Shown here: positions 46,137-56,951 of the stretch, in pieces
How the letters are laid out: the number at the start of each line of letters is the position of its first letter
Position numbering within the stretch: the first letter of the stretch is position 1
Assembly: GCA_963800505.1 (NCBI GenBank)
Contig: CAWDBL010000024.1
Span: 878-64,877 of the forward strand
DNA length: 64,000 nucleotides
Origin: an uncultured Actinomycetota bacterium
GTDB taxonomy: Bacteria; Actinomycetota; Actinomycetes; Actinomycetales; Dermatophilaceae
Direction of reading: 5' to 3'
Notes under the pieces: generated by a model
The model's input: only the letters and a program-made list of their open reading frames with translations
What the model was told of the DNA's origin: nothing
Databases searched by the model: none
Made by a program: the position numbers and the translations under genes

Positions 46137-47957
46137 ATGTCGGTTCCCACCAGGCGGCTCGTCGCCGGCGTCGGCGTCGCCGGCCTCGCCCTGCTCACCG
46201 CCGCCCTGCCCGTCACCTCGGCCGGTGCCGCCGACCGTCACCACCCGCACCACCACAAGCCCCACCCGGCACCCACCGTCTCGGGCACCTTGCTCGCCTT
46301 CAACGACTTCCACGGCAACATCGACCCGCCCGCGGGGAGCGGCGGTGTCGTCGCCACGACCGGCGGACCCGTTCCGGCCGGGGGCGTCGAGTACCTCGCG
46401 CACTGGGTCAAGGAGCTGCGTGCCGAGGCGAAGAAGACCTCGAAGTACGTGTACACGGTGGCCGCGGGCGACCTCGTCGGCGCCTCCCCGCTGGTCAGCG
46501 CGGCGTTCCACGACGAGCCCACGGTCGAGGAGATGAACTCCCTCGGGCTCGACATCACCAGCGTCGGCAACCACGAGTTCGACGAGGGGGTCGACGAGCT
46601 GCTGCGCCTGCAGAAGGGCGGCTGCCACCCCGTCGACGGTTGCCAGGACGGCGACGGCTTCGCCGGCGCCGACTACCCGATGCTCGCCGCCAACGTGGTG
46701 AAGAAGAGCAACGGCAAACCGATCCTGCCCCCCTACAAGATCCGCAAGGTCGGCAAGGTCGAGGTCGGCTTCGTCGGCATGACCCTCGAAGGCACGCCGA
46801 GCATCGTCAACCCCAACGGCATCCAGAGCGTCGACTTCCTCGACGAGGTCACGACGGCGAACAAGTACGCCAAGGAGCTCAAGCGCAAGGGCGTCAAGGC
46901 GATCGTGCTGCTGCTGCACGAGGGCGGGAGCCAGGCGGCCCCCAACAACACCCCGGCCGCCTGCAACAACTTCACCGGCCCGGTGGTCGACATCGTGCGC
47001 GGCCTCGACCCGGCCTACGGCGTGGTGATCAGCGGCCACACCCACCAGCCCTACGTCTGCGACCTGCCCGACTCGGCCGGCGAGTCAACGCTCGTCACCA
47101 GCGCCGGCTCCTTCGGCCGCCTGGTCACCGACGTCGACTTCACCCTGAGCACCCGCACCGGCCGGTTCGTGTCGGCCTCCGCGACCAATGCCATCGTCCA
47201 GAACGGCGTGCTCAACCCCGACGGCACCTGGCAGACCACCGGCACGGCGCCGAACGTGAGCTTCGTGCGCAACCCCGCCCTGGTCGACCCCGCGGCCAAG
47301 ATGATCGCCGACAAGTACCGCACCGCGGTGGCCCCCCTGGCCAACCGGGTGGTCGGCAGCATCACCGCGGACATCGTCAGGGACAACGCGGCGAACGGCG
47401 AGAGCCCGCTGGGCGACGTGATCGCCGACGGCATGGTGGCCTACTCGACCTCGGCGGCCCCGAGCTTCGCGATCATGAACCCGGGCGGCATCCGCGCCTC
47501 GCTGGTCTACGCCCCGAGCGGCGGTGAGGCGCCCGGGCAGGTCACCTACGGCGAGGCGTTCACGGTGCAGCCCTTCAACAACCTGGTGGTGACCCGCACC
47601 TACACCGGGGCGCAGGTCAAGGCGGTGCTCGAGCAGCAGTTCGCGGGGTTCGCCGGGCAGACCACGACGCGCATCCTCCAGGTGTCGGCAGCGGTCACCT
47701 ACAGCTACGACACCACCAGGCCGCTCGGCGACCGGGTCACCGACCTGCGCGTGAACGGCGCGCTGATCGACCCGGCCGGGTCCTACAACGTGACCATGAA
47801 CGACTTCCTCGCGGCCGGTGGCGACGGGTTCACCAACCTCACGGTGGGCACGAACCCGGTCTACGCGCCCGGTTTCGACGTCGACTCGCTGACCAGCTAC
47901 CTGGGCAGCGGGCCGATCGCACCCGGGCCGGTCAACCGGATCACCAAGCTCGGATGA
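46137..47957 (+). CDS. Secreted bifunctional metallophosphatase/5'-nucleotidase
   Basis: ATG 46137 follows GAGAGG. Signal peptide, 'NDFHGN', 'GNHEFD', and a C-terminal 5'-nucleotidase domain. Confidence 0.85.
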   Translation: MSVPTRRLVAGVGVAGLALLTAALPVTSAGAADRHHPHHHKPHPAPTVSGTLLAFNDFHGNIDPPAGSGGVVATTGGPVPAGGVEYLAHWVKELRAEAKKTSKYVYTVAAGDLVGASPLVSAAFHDEPTVEEMNSLGLDITSVGNHEFDEGVDELLRLQKGGCHPVDGCQDGDGFAGADYPMLAANVVKKSNGKPILPPYKIRKVGKVEVGFVGMTLEGTPSIVNPNGIQSVDFLDEVTTANKYAKELKRKGVKAIVLLLHEGGSQAAPNNTPAACNNFTGPVVDIVRGLDPAYGVVISGHTHQPYVCDLPDSAGESTLVTSAGSFGRLVTDVDFTLSTRTGRFVSASATNAIVQNGVLNPDGTWQTTGTAPNVSFVRNPALVDPAAKMIADKYRTAVAPLANRVVGSITADIVRDNAANGESPLGDVIADGMVAYSTSAAPSFAIMNPGGIRASLVYAPSGGEAPGQVTYGEAFTVQPFNNLVVTRTYTGAQVKAVLEQQFAGFAGQTTTRILQVSAAVTYSYDTTRPLGDRVTDLRVNGALIDPAGSYNVTMNDFLAAGGDGFTNLTVGTNPVYAPGFDVDSLTSYLGSGPIAPGPVNRITKLG

Positions 47958-48062
47958 CGATCACAGCACACCGCCGCTGATTCCCGGCGCCGCGTGGAGC
48001 GGCGTGACAGGCTCGCCAGTGCACGGGCGCGCACTGGCGAGCCCGTCGGGAAGGACGCAGCG

Positions 48063-50381
48063 ATGAGTCGCGCCGCCGCAGCACGGGCGTTCGTCGTCGC
48101 CGCCACGGCCGTCGCCGCCACCCTCGGCGCGATGTCGCCGGCTGCCGCTCGGCCGGATGCCGTCACGGTGCGCGTCATCGTCACCTACGACGCGCTCGCG
48201 AGCGCCGGGTCGGTGACCGGTTCGGTCGACTCCGTGGGCACCGTGACGCGCACCATGAGGCGCTCCCCACACCTGGTGGCCACGGTTCCGGCCGCTGACC
48301 TGCCCCGGCTGCGCCGTGCCCCGCACGTGCGCTCCGTGCAGGTCGACGTCCCGCAGAAGATGGCCCTCGACAGCAGCCTGGCCGTGATCCGGGCCGACGC
48401 CGCTCACCACGCCGGCTGGACCGGCGTCGGCACGACGGTGGCGATCCTCGACACCGGGGTCGACGTCGACCACCCGTTCCTCGGCGGGCGGGTCGTGGCC
48501 CAGTACTGCTCGTCGAGCCCGACCGGCCCCGACCAGCAGTCGCTGTGCCCCAACGGCACGACCGAGGACGACAACGCCGACATCGACTCGCTCGCGGCCT
48601 GCGCCAGCGCCACCTCGCGCTCCCTCTGCGACCACGGCACCCACGTGGCCGGCATCGTGGCCGGCAACGGCACCGGGGTGGCGGGTGCCCCGGCCGCCGG
48701 GGTCGCTCCGGGAGCGAGCCTGATCGCCATGCAGGTCTTCACCCGCTTCAACGACCGTGGCTTCTGCGGGGCGGCATCCTGCGTGGCGTCATACCCCTCC
48801 GACCAGCTGCGGGCCCTGGACCGGCTCGCCGCCCTCGACACCGCGAACCCGTCGTGGAACATCGTGGCGGCCAACCTGAGCCTGGCCAGCGGCACCTACA
48901 GCGCACCCTGCGACACCGACCCGCGCAAGGGAGCGATCGACGCGCTGCTCGCCCAGGGAGTCGCCACCGTCGTCGCGGCCGGCAACAGCAGTGCCGCCGC
49001 CGTCTCCAACCCCGGCTGCATCTCCACTGCCGTCACCGTCGGCGCGACCACCGATGCCGACGGCCTCGCCTCGTTCAGCAACCGCGGCGCGCTGCTCGAC
49101 CTGCTCGCGCCCGGCGTCGGCATCACCTCGTCCGTGCCCGACGACGCCTGGAGCACGATCAGCGGCACGTCGATGGCCGCCCCACACGTCGCCGGCGCCC
49201 TCGCCCTGTTGCGACAGCACGCGCCGAACCGGTCCGTGACGAGCCTGGTCGACGACCTGCGGTCCAGCGGGAAGCCGGTCAGCTACTCCGCCGGCGCCGT
49301 TCGCGTCACCACCAGGCGGATCGACGTGCTGAGCGCCATCGACCGGAGCACCGGCCCCCGGCTCGCCCTGGCCGGTCCGCCCGCCGTGGCCCCCGAGGGG
49401 CACGCGCTGACCGTGACGGGCACGTGGGCCGACGGGGCCTCCGGCCCACCGGTGAGCGCCACGGCGACCACCGGCACGGTGACCCTGGGCCCCGGCACGT
49501 GGTCGTGGACCGCCACCCGGGGGGACGACACGACGCAACCTGTCACCATCACCGCGACGGATGCCGGGGGCACCTCCCGCGCACTCACCGTCACGGCCCG
49601 GTGGTCGAACGTCGCCCCGACGGCCACCCTCGCCGCGGCCGGCACCAAGTCGTGGCACGGCACGGCAGTCGTCTTCGCGCGGGCGGGCGCTCCGGTGGCC
49701 TTCTCGCTGGCGGTCACCGACCCCGGCAGCGACGACATCACCACCCGGTGGGGCTTCGGCGACGGCGGGCGCGCCCTGAACCGTTCGCTGCTGCACCCGC
49801 CGTCGGTCGACCCGGCCTCGAGCCCGTCGGTGGAGCCCCGCTCCCTGACCTCGAGGGTCAGCCACACCTACACCCGGGCCTGCACCCGCACGCTCACCGT
49901 GGGTGCCGTCGACGACGACGGTGGGGCGTCACCGACGCGCTCGCGCCCGGTCGTCGTGCTCGGGACGAGCAGGGCCCGGCACGCGGCGCACTGGTGGGGG
50001 GCCGCCTACCGGGGGCAGGTCGCGTCGGTGGCCTCGGCCGGCCGCCCCTGCCTGCTCGGCACGGCCCGCGCCCTCAGCAGCGTCTTCCCGGAGCGCCGGC
50101 ACCTGACCACCGATGCTGACGCCGTCGCGGTGCTCCAGCCGGCCAGGACCGCCACGGCAGTCTCGACGTTCGATGCGAACCTGCTCGCCGCGTGGCTCGA
50201 CGTCGCTTCCGGCTCGGTCGACCCGTTCGCCACCTTCGACGCCGACCACAACGGTTCCCGGGAGACCACCGTCGCCGCCTTCCTCCAGTCGGCCGAGCGC
50301 AAGCGCAGCTCCGCGTCGACGTCGTCGAGCATGCTGCGCTCGCTCACGGCGGTACTGGTGCGTCTCTCGACGACCGGCTGA
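48063..50381 (+). CDS. Secreted S8 (subtilisin-like) serine peptidase with a long C-terminal extension
   Basis: Signal peptide. Catalytic triad contexts 'AILDTGVD', 'DHGTHVAGIVAG', 'GTSMAAPHVAG'. About 330 extra C-terminal residues (PKD/Ig-like repeats suspected). Confidence 0.9.
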   Translation: MSRAAAARAFVVAATAVAATLGAMSPAAARPDAVTVRVIVTYDALASAGSVTGSVDSVGTVTRTMRRSPHLVATVPAADLPRLRRAPHVRSVQVDVPQKMALDSSLAVIRADAAHHAGWTGVGTTVAILDTGVDVDHPFLGGRVVAQYCSSSPTGPDQQSLCPNGTTEDDNADIDSLAACASATSRSLCDHGTHVAGIVAGNGTGVAGAPAAGVAPGASLIAMQVFTRFNDRGFCGAASCVASYPSDQLRALDRLAALDTANPSWNIVAANLSLASGTYSAPCDTDPRKGAIDALLAQGVATVVAAGNSSAAAVSNPGCISTAVTVGATTDADGLASFSNRGALLDLLAPGVGITSSVPDDAWSTISGTSMAAPHVAGALALLRQHAPNRSVTSLVDDLRSSGKPVSYSAGAVRVTTRRIDVLSAIDRSTGPRLALAGPPAVAPEGHALTVTGTWADGASGPPVSATATTGTVTLGPGTWSWTATRGDDTTQPVTITATDAGGTSRALTVTARWSNVAPTATLAAAGTKSWHGTAVVFARAGAPVAFSLAVTDPGSDDITTRWGFGDGGRALNRSLLHPPSVDPASSPSVEPRSLTSRVSHTYTRACTRTLTVGAVDDDGGASPTRSRPVVVLGTSRARHAAHWWGAAYRGQVASVASAGRPCLLGTARALSSVFPERRHLTTDADAVAVLQPARTATAVSTFDANLLAAWLDVASGSVDPFATFDADHNGSRETTVAAFLQSAERKRSSASTSSSMLRSLTAVLVRLSTTG

Positions 50382-51237
50382 ACCCGGCGGCCCAGCCGCG
50401 AGCTCCCGGTGTCCCGACCGACCGGGTCGCCACCGCCACGGCCCGCTCGAGCGCCAACGTCAGGTCGACCGGGCCGTGCCGCGCCAGCTCGGCGAGCAGG
50501 GCGCCGTGCAACACGTCACCCGCGCCCAGGGTGTCCACGACCTCGACGACCGGGACCCCGACCGACCCCGACGACCCGTCGGCGGCGGCCCATCGCACCG
50601 GGCCCGACCCCGCGCTGCGGGCGACCCAGGTCGGGCCGAGGGCCAGCAGGTCGGCCGTCGAGCCACCATTGGGCGGCTGGAAGGCGGCCGAGGCGACCAG
50701 CATGTCGACCGACTCGAGCAGGTCGGGCAGCCCGGGCTTCCATGACCCGGCGTCGAGCAGCACCGGGATGCCGCGAGCGCGCGCCCGCGCAGCCAACGGC
50801 ACCGCGATGCCGAGGTGGTGGCCGTCGACGAGCACGGCCCGGATGCCGTCGAGCAGGTCGTCGACGGTGTGTGCGGGCGGCGCGGAGCCGGCATCCGGGC
50901 CGAGCGCACCGCGGGAGACCACGGCGCGCTCACCGCTCGACCGGGTGAGCAGCACCGTGGCCACGGGCAGCTCGAACTCGTCGCCGGCGACGTCGACGAC
51001 CTCGACGCCGGCCGAGTCGCAGTCGGCCCACACCGTGGCGCCGAGCGGCGCGGCGCCCACCGCTGTCACGAGGCGGCACGGCATCCCCAGCAGTGCCGAG
51101 GTCGTGGCCGCGTTGAGCGCCGGGCCGCCGGCCTCCACGCGGGTCGCGAGCGCCACGACCTTCTCGTCGGCCGTGGGCACCCGCTCCACGGTCTGGACGA
51201 CGTCGACCGTCGCCAGCCCGCAGGCCAGGGCTGCCAC
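50344..51237 (-). CDS. PfkB-family carbohydrate kinase
   Basis: ORF 50344..51990 trimmed to GTG 51237. 'DTLGAGDVLHGALL' is PfkB signature 2. Confidence 0.8.
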   Translation of the reverse strand: MAALACGLATVDVVQTVERVPTADEKVVALATRVEAGGPALNAATTSALLGMPCRLVTAVGAAPLGATVWADCDSAGVEVVDVAGDEFELPVATVLLTRSSGERAVVSRGALGPDAGSAPPAHTVDDLLDGIRAVLVDGHHLGIAVPLAARARARGIPVLLDAGSWKPGLPDLLESVDMLVASAAFQPPNGGSTADLLALGPTWVARSAGSGPVRWAAADGSSGSVGVPVVEVVDTLGAGDVLHGALLAELARHGPVDLTLALERAVAVATRSVGTPGARGWAAGFSRSSRDAPVPP

Positions 51238-51242
51238 GTTGC

Positions 51243-53018
<1,776 letters not shown>

Positions 53019-53060
53019 TCAGCCGGTGCAGCAGAAGCTCCGCGACGAGGGGCGGCCGAT

Positions 53061-53132
53061 TCAGGCCCCGCCGCGGCAGCGAAGGAGGAGGTGTCCGTGA
53101 AGCACGACCCCAGCGTCCCACGCGACCGGCAT
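53061..53132 (-). promoter_or_regulatory. Candidate leuA leader peptide (23 codons, Leu-Leu-Leu run)
   Basis: On the reverse strand: ATG CCG GTC GCG TGG GAC GCT GGG GTC GTG CTT CAC GGA CAC CTC CTC CTT CGC TGC CGC GGC GGG GCC TGA. GC-rich pairing segments follow before the leuA SD (GAAGGAAG). Confidence 0.4.
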
Positions 53133-53158
53133 CGCGCCAAGCCCGGGGCGGTTGCGGG

Positions 53159-53854
53159 TCACATCTCGGGACGCAGCACGGCCACGGTGACGCTGCGGCG
53201 CACCTCGAACCCGACTCGGCGGTAGAGGCGGTGGGCGCCCTCGTTGCCGTCGCGCACGTGCAGCATCGCGCGGTCGCCACGCTCCTGGATGCCGTGCGCC
53301 GCGGCCAGCGTGACGACGGCGCCCAGACCTGCGCCGCGCACCGCCGGGTCGACGCAGACCCCCGAGACCTCGCCGAAGCCCTCGACCCGCATCCGCTCCC
53401 CCGCCATCGCGACGAGCCGGCCCCCGCGGCGGATGCCGAACCAGCGCCCGGTGAGGTGGCTGTTCGGGCCGAAGGGCCCGGGTTCGGTGGCCGCCGCCAG
53501 GGCGACCATGTCGGGCGAGTCGGATGCCGTGAGCTCGACCACCTCGCGGCTCGCCTGCGCCGGTGGCTCGGTGAGGTCGCCGGCGACGTACTGCGTGGCG
53601 GGTTCGCGGAGCAGCTCGCGCCAGCCGGCTGGTGTTGGTTCGACCTCACCACGCAGGAAGACGGCAGTGCCGCCCTGGCCGACGAGCTCGGCCAGGGCCG
53701 CCCAGCCGTCGGGGTCGAGGTGCTCGACCCCGCAGAACGGTGCGATCTCGTCGCGGTAGCGGCGGGCCACGCCACCGGCGGCGCTCTCGGCGAGGTGGGC
53801 GTGCGGGCCGGCGAGGGCGTGCCACGCCACGTCGTCGAGCACGTGGTCGGTCAC
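53159..53854 (-). CDS. GNAT-family N-acetyltransferase (FR47-like)
   Basis: Acetyl-CoA motif 'VCVDPAVRGAGLGAVV' plus 'AHRLYRRVGF'. Confidence 0.8.
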   Translation of the reverse strand: MTDHVLDDVAWHALAGPHAHLAESAAGGVARRYRDEIAPFCGVEHLDPDGWAALAELVGQGGTAVFLRGEVEPTPAGWRELLREPATQYVAGDLTEPPAQASREVVELTASDSPDMVALAAATEPGPFGPNSHLTGRWFGIRRGGRLVAMAGERMRVEGFGEVSGVCVDPAVRGAGLGAVVTLAAAHGIQERGDRAMLHVRDGNEGAHRLYRRVGFEVRRSVTVAVLRPEM

Positions 53855-53857
53855 GGC

Positions 53858-54640
53858 TCAGCCTCGGACCCGCACCGAGAGGCACGTGACGCAGCCCTCG
53901 AGCTTCTCGAACTCCGACACGTCGACCTCGGTGACGGTGTAGCCCCGCCCGCGGTAGGACGCGGCGGTGCGCGGTGCGCTGGTCGCCATCAGCAGGTGGT
54001 CGGCAGCCAGGTGCACGACGTGGGCGCCGCCCTCCTCGGGCACGTCCTCGTAGGCGGGGAACGCCTCCTTGTCGTCGACGACCGGGCCCCAGCCGACCAC
54101 GGTGCCGTCGGGCAGGGCGGTGCAGGCCGACTTCAGGTGCAGCGCCCGCTCGACCGGCACGGCCTGCACCCGAACTCCGAACTCGCGCAGGTGCATTGCG
54201 AGCTGCTGGATGCCGATGCCGTTGGTGCGCCCGCCGAGGCCGACGTAGGCGGTGCCCCCCGCGCGCAGCACGTCGCCACCGTCGAGGGTGCCGGGCGCCT
54301 CGATGTGGACGACGCGCAGGCCGAGGTCACGCACCGCCCGCTCGACACCGGCCACCTCTCCGCGGCGCTCGGGGGCGCCGGAGCGGGCGATGACGGCAAG
54401 GTCACCGTGCACGACGACCGGGTCCTCGACGAAGACGGCGTCGGGGTGGTCGTCGGCGGGCTCGACCTCGACGATCGTCCAGCCGTTGCGGCTCAGCGCG
54501 TCCACGTATCCCTGCCACTGCTGGCGGGCCAGGTCGAGGTCGACCGGGGTGCGGTCGAGGTGGGTGATGATGCCGTCGGGCAGGCGCGGGCCGGGCCGGC
54601 GGACGAGAGCGATGGGGGGCGTCACGGCATCCGGGCTCAC
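53858..54640 (-). CDS. Dimethylarginine dimethylaminohydrolase / amidinotransferase-fold enzyme
   Basis: GTG 54640 overlaps the acdS stop (GTGA). 'GTLDGGDVL', 'HLKSACTAL', C-terminal catalytic-Cys context '[11 protein letters not shown]'. Confidence 0.8.
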   Translation of the reverse strand: MSPDAVTPPIALVRRPGPRLPDGIITHLDRTPVDLDLARQQWQGYVDALSRNGWTIVEVEPADDHPDAVFVEDPVVVHGDLAVIARSGAPERRGEVAGVERAVRDLGLRVVHIEAPGTLDGGDVLRAGGTAYVGLGGRTNGIGIQQLAMHLREFGVRVQAVPVERALHLKSACTALPDGTVVGWGPVVDDKEAFPAYEDVPEEGGAHVVHLAADHLLMATSAPRTAASYRGRGYTVTEVDVSEFEKLEGCVTCLSVRVRG

Positions 54641-55662
54641 GAGGCCGGCCACAGGGAATGGTAGGCGTTGAGCGCGGGCTGGCCGCCGAGGTGGGCGTAC
54701 AACACCGTCGAGTCCCTGGGGATGTCCGCGGAGCGCACCAGGTCGATGAGCCCGGCCAGCGACTTCCCCTCGTACACGGGGTCGGTGATCATCGCCTCGA
54801 GCTCGGCGCCGAGGCGCATCGCCTCCATGGTGGAGTCGACAGGGACGCCGTAGAGGTCACCGGCCCAGTCGGGGAGCAGGGCGAACTCGTCGTCGCGCAG
54901 GTCGCGGCCGAGCTCGATGACCTCGGCGGTCTGGCGGGCGATCCGTTCCAGCTGGGCGCGGGTGGTGTCGAGCGTGGCGGAGGCGTCGATGCCGATGACG
55001 CGGCGCTTGACGCCGGTGAGGTCCTCGAGCGCGGCGAATCCCGCGACCATCCCGGCATGGGTGGAGCAGGTGACCGTGCAGACCACGATGGTGTCGAAGT
55101 GCACGCCGAGCGCCTTCTCCTGCTCCGCGAGCTCGAAGGCGTAGTTGGCGAAACCGACTCCCCCGAGGGGGTGCTCGCTCGCACCCGCCGGGATGGGGTA
55201 GGCAGTGCCACCGCCCTCCTCCACCTCGCGCAGCGCGTCCTTCCACGAGTCGCGGATGCCGATGTCGAAGCCGTGCGGGTCGAGCCGGGAGTCGGCGCCC
55301 ATCATCCGGGACAGCAGGATGTTGCCGACCTTGTCGTTGACCGGGTCGTCCCACGGCACCCACTTCTCCTGCACCAGACGGCATTTCAGGCCGAGGTGCG
55401 CGGCGACCGCGGCGACCTGACGGGTGTGGTTCGACTGGTAGCCACCGATCGACACGAGGGTGTCGGCGCCGCTGGCGAGCACGTCGGGGACGATGTACTC
55501 GAGCTTGCGGATCTTGTTGCCGCCGAACGCCAGGCCGCTGTTGACGTCCTCGCGCTTGGCCCACACCTGGGCTCCGCCGAGGTGGTCGCTGAGTCGGCGC
55601 AGGTGCTGCAGCGGGCTGGGACCGAAGGTGAGCTGGTGGCGCGGGATGTCGTGGAGACGCAT
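54637..55662 (-). CDS. acdS: 1-aminocyclopropane-1-carboxylate deaminase
   Basis: ORF 54637..56520 trimmed to ATG 55662. '[11 protein letters not shown]', '[12 protein letters not shown]' (PLP Lys), '[21 protein letters not shown]', 'DPVYEGKS', 'YAHLGG'. Confidence 0.9.
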   Translation of the reverse strand: MRLHDIPRHQLTFGPSPLQHLRRLSDHLGGAQVWAKREDVNSGLAFGGNKIRKLEYIVPDVLASGADTLVSIGGYQSNHTRQVAAVAAHLGLKCRLVQEKWVPWDDPVNDKVGNILLSRMMGADSRLDPHGFDIGIRDSWKDALREVEEGGGTAYPIPAGASEHPLGGVGFANYAFELAEQEKALGVHFDTIVVCTVTCSTHAGMVAGFAALEDLTGVKRRVIGIDASATLDTTRAQLERIARQTAEVIELGRDLRDDEFALLPDWAGDLYGVPVDSTMEAMRLGAELEAMITDPVYEGKSLAGLIDLVRSADIPRDSTVLYAHLGGQPALNAYHSLWPAS

Positions 55663-55728
55663 GCTGCTGGTTCTACCACCGACAACCCGGATGCGGTCAG
55701 GGGCGTCCGTGGGCCACCCTTGGATCTC

Positions 55729-56634
55729 GTGACCACCGACCTGCCTGCCGGCCTGACCGCCCGGCCGCTCACGCCCGATGACCTCGACGCGGCCTTCGCC
55801 GTGTACTCCGGTGCCGAGCTCGAGGATGCCGGCCACCTCGCGCTCGAGCCCGAGGACATCGCGGGCGACTGGGCGCGGCCCAGCTTCGACCTCGCGACCG
55901 ACAGCATCGGCGTCTTCGACGGCGACCGGATGGTCGGCGCCGCCGAGGTGACCACCGGTGGGACGCGCGCCGAGGGCGCCGTCCTGCCGGGCGAGCGAGG
56001 TCGCGGGATCGGGTCGTGGCTGGCTGCCTGGACCGAGCAGCGCGCGACGTCGCTCGGGTCGTCGCAGGTCGGCCAGGTGGCGCCGGACGGGTCGCTCCCG
56101 CAGCGCTTCCTGCGGGGCCGTGGCTATCGGCTGGGGCACACCTCGTGGGTGCTCGAGCTGCCCGAGGGGCGGGAGGTGCCGCGGCGGTCGCTCCCACCGG
56201 GGTACACGCTCGGGACGGCCGACACCGAAGAACAGAGGCGGGCGGCCTACGAGGTCGTGCAGGACGCGTTCGACGAGTGGGAGGGGCGCGTACGCAACTC
56301 CTTCGAGGACTGGGCAGCGACGACTGTGCGCCGTCCCGGTATGCAACCGTGGCAGCTGCGAGTCGTCGAGCACGACGGAGTGGTCGTGGGGGCCTCGTTC
56401 ACGATCCTCGACAGCCAAGGCGTGGGGTTCGTGGACCAGCTCGCCGTCGAGCGGTTGCACCGAGGACAGGGGCTGGCGCAGGCGCTGCTCGCCGATGCGT
56501 TCGCCAGGGCGCGCGAGCACGGCGCGACCCGCAGCGAGCTGTCGACCGACTCACGCACGGGGGCCCTCGACCTCTACCTCAAGGTGGGCATGGAGGTCAC
56601 CCAGGTCTGGAGTCGCCTGGTGACCGACCTGTGA
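55729..56634 (+). CDS. Tandem-GNAT acetyltransferase (MshD-like architecture)
   Basis: GTG 55729 (or TTG 55720) lies within ORF 54658..56634. Second-domain motif '[20 protein letters not shown]'. Confidence 0.75.
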   Translation: MTTDLPAGLTARPLTPDDLDAAFAVYSGAELEDAGHLALEPEDIAGDWARPSFDLATDSIGVFDGDRMVGAAEVTTGGTRAEGAVLPGERGRGIGSWLAAWTEQRATSLGSSQVGQVAPDGSLPQRFLRGRGYRLGHTSWVLELPEGREVPRRSLPPGYTLGTADTEEQRRAAYEVVQDAFDEWEGRVRNSFEDWAATTVRRPGMQPWQLRVVEHDGVVVGASFTILDSQGVGFVDQLAVERLHRGQGLAQALLADAFARAREHGATRSELSTDSRTGALDLYLKVGMEVTQVWSRLVTDL

Positions 56635-56638
56635 CGGG

Positions 56639-56893
56639 TCAGGTGCGCAGGGTGCCGACCAGGGTGACGTACTCGTCGCGGGCGTCCTCGACGCTCATCC
56701 CCTTCGCGTCGGCCCAGGCGTCGTACTTGGCGCGGCCGACCGGGCTCGTGAACCCGGGGCGCTTGCCCGCGACATCACCCTCGGACGCCTGCTTGTAGAG
56801 CGCGTAGAGCCGCAGCTTGGTCTCGTTGCCCGGATCGATCACGAGCGAGTTGACGTAGGCGGCAGCGGCATGGAACTCGTCCTCGGTGGCCAT
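56639..56893 (-). CDS. Acyl-CoA-binding protein (ACBP)
   Basis: 'LYALYKQASEGDVAGKRPGF....GRAKYDAWADAKGMSVEDARDEY' matches the ACBP signature (YKQA..GD...RPG...KAK.DAW). Confidence 0.85.
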   Translation of the reverse strand: MATEDEFHAAAAYVNSLVIDPGNETKLRLYALYKQASEGDVAGKRPGFTSPVGRAKYDAWADAKGMSVEDARDEYVTLVGTLRT

Positions 56894-56951
56894 GGCGCCA
56901 CTCTAGGGCGACAGGTGAGAGGGTGGAACACCGACCTTCCGAGGAGCCACG

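Noticed and set aside
45330-47045. 571-aa reverse ORF spanning the AlkB-like and 5'-nucleotidase genes
   Set aside because: It crosses an intergenic region and two well-supported forward genes. Its composition (R/G/D/V/H runs) is not protein-like.
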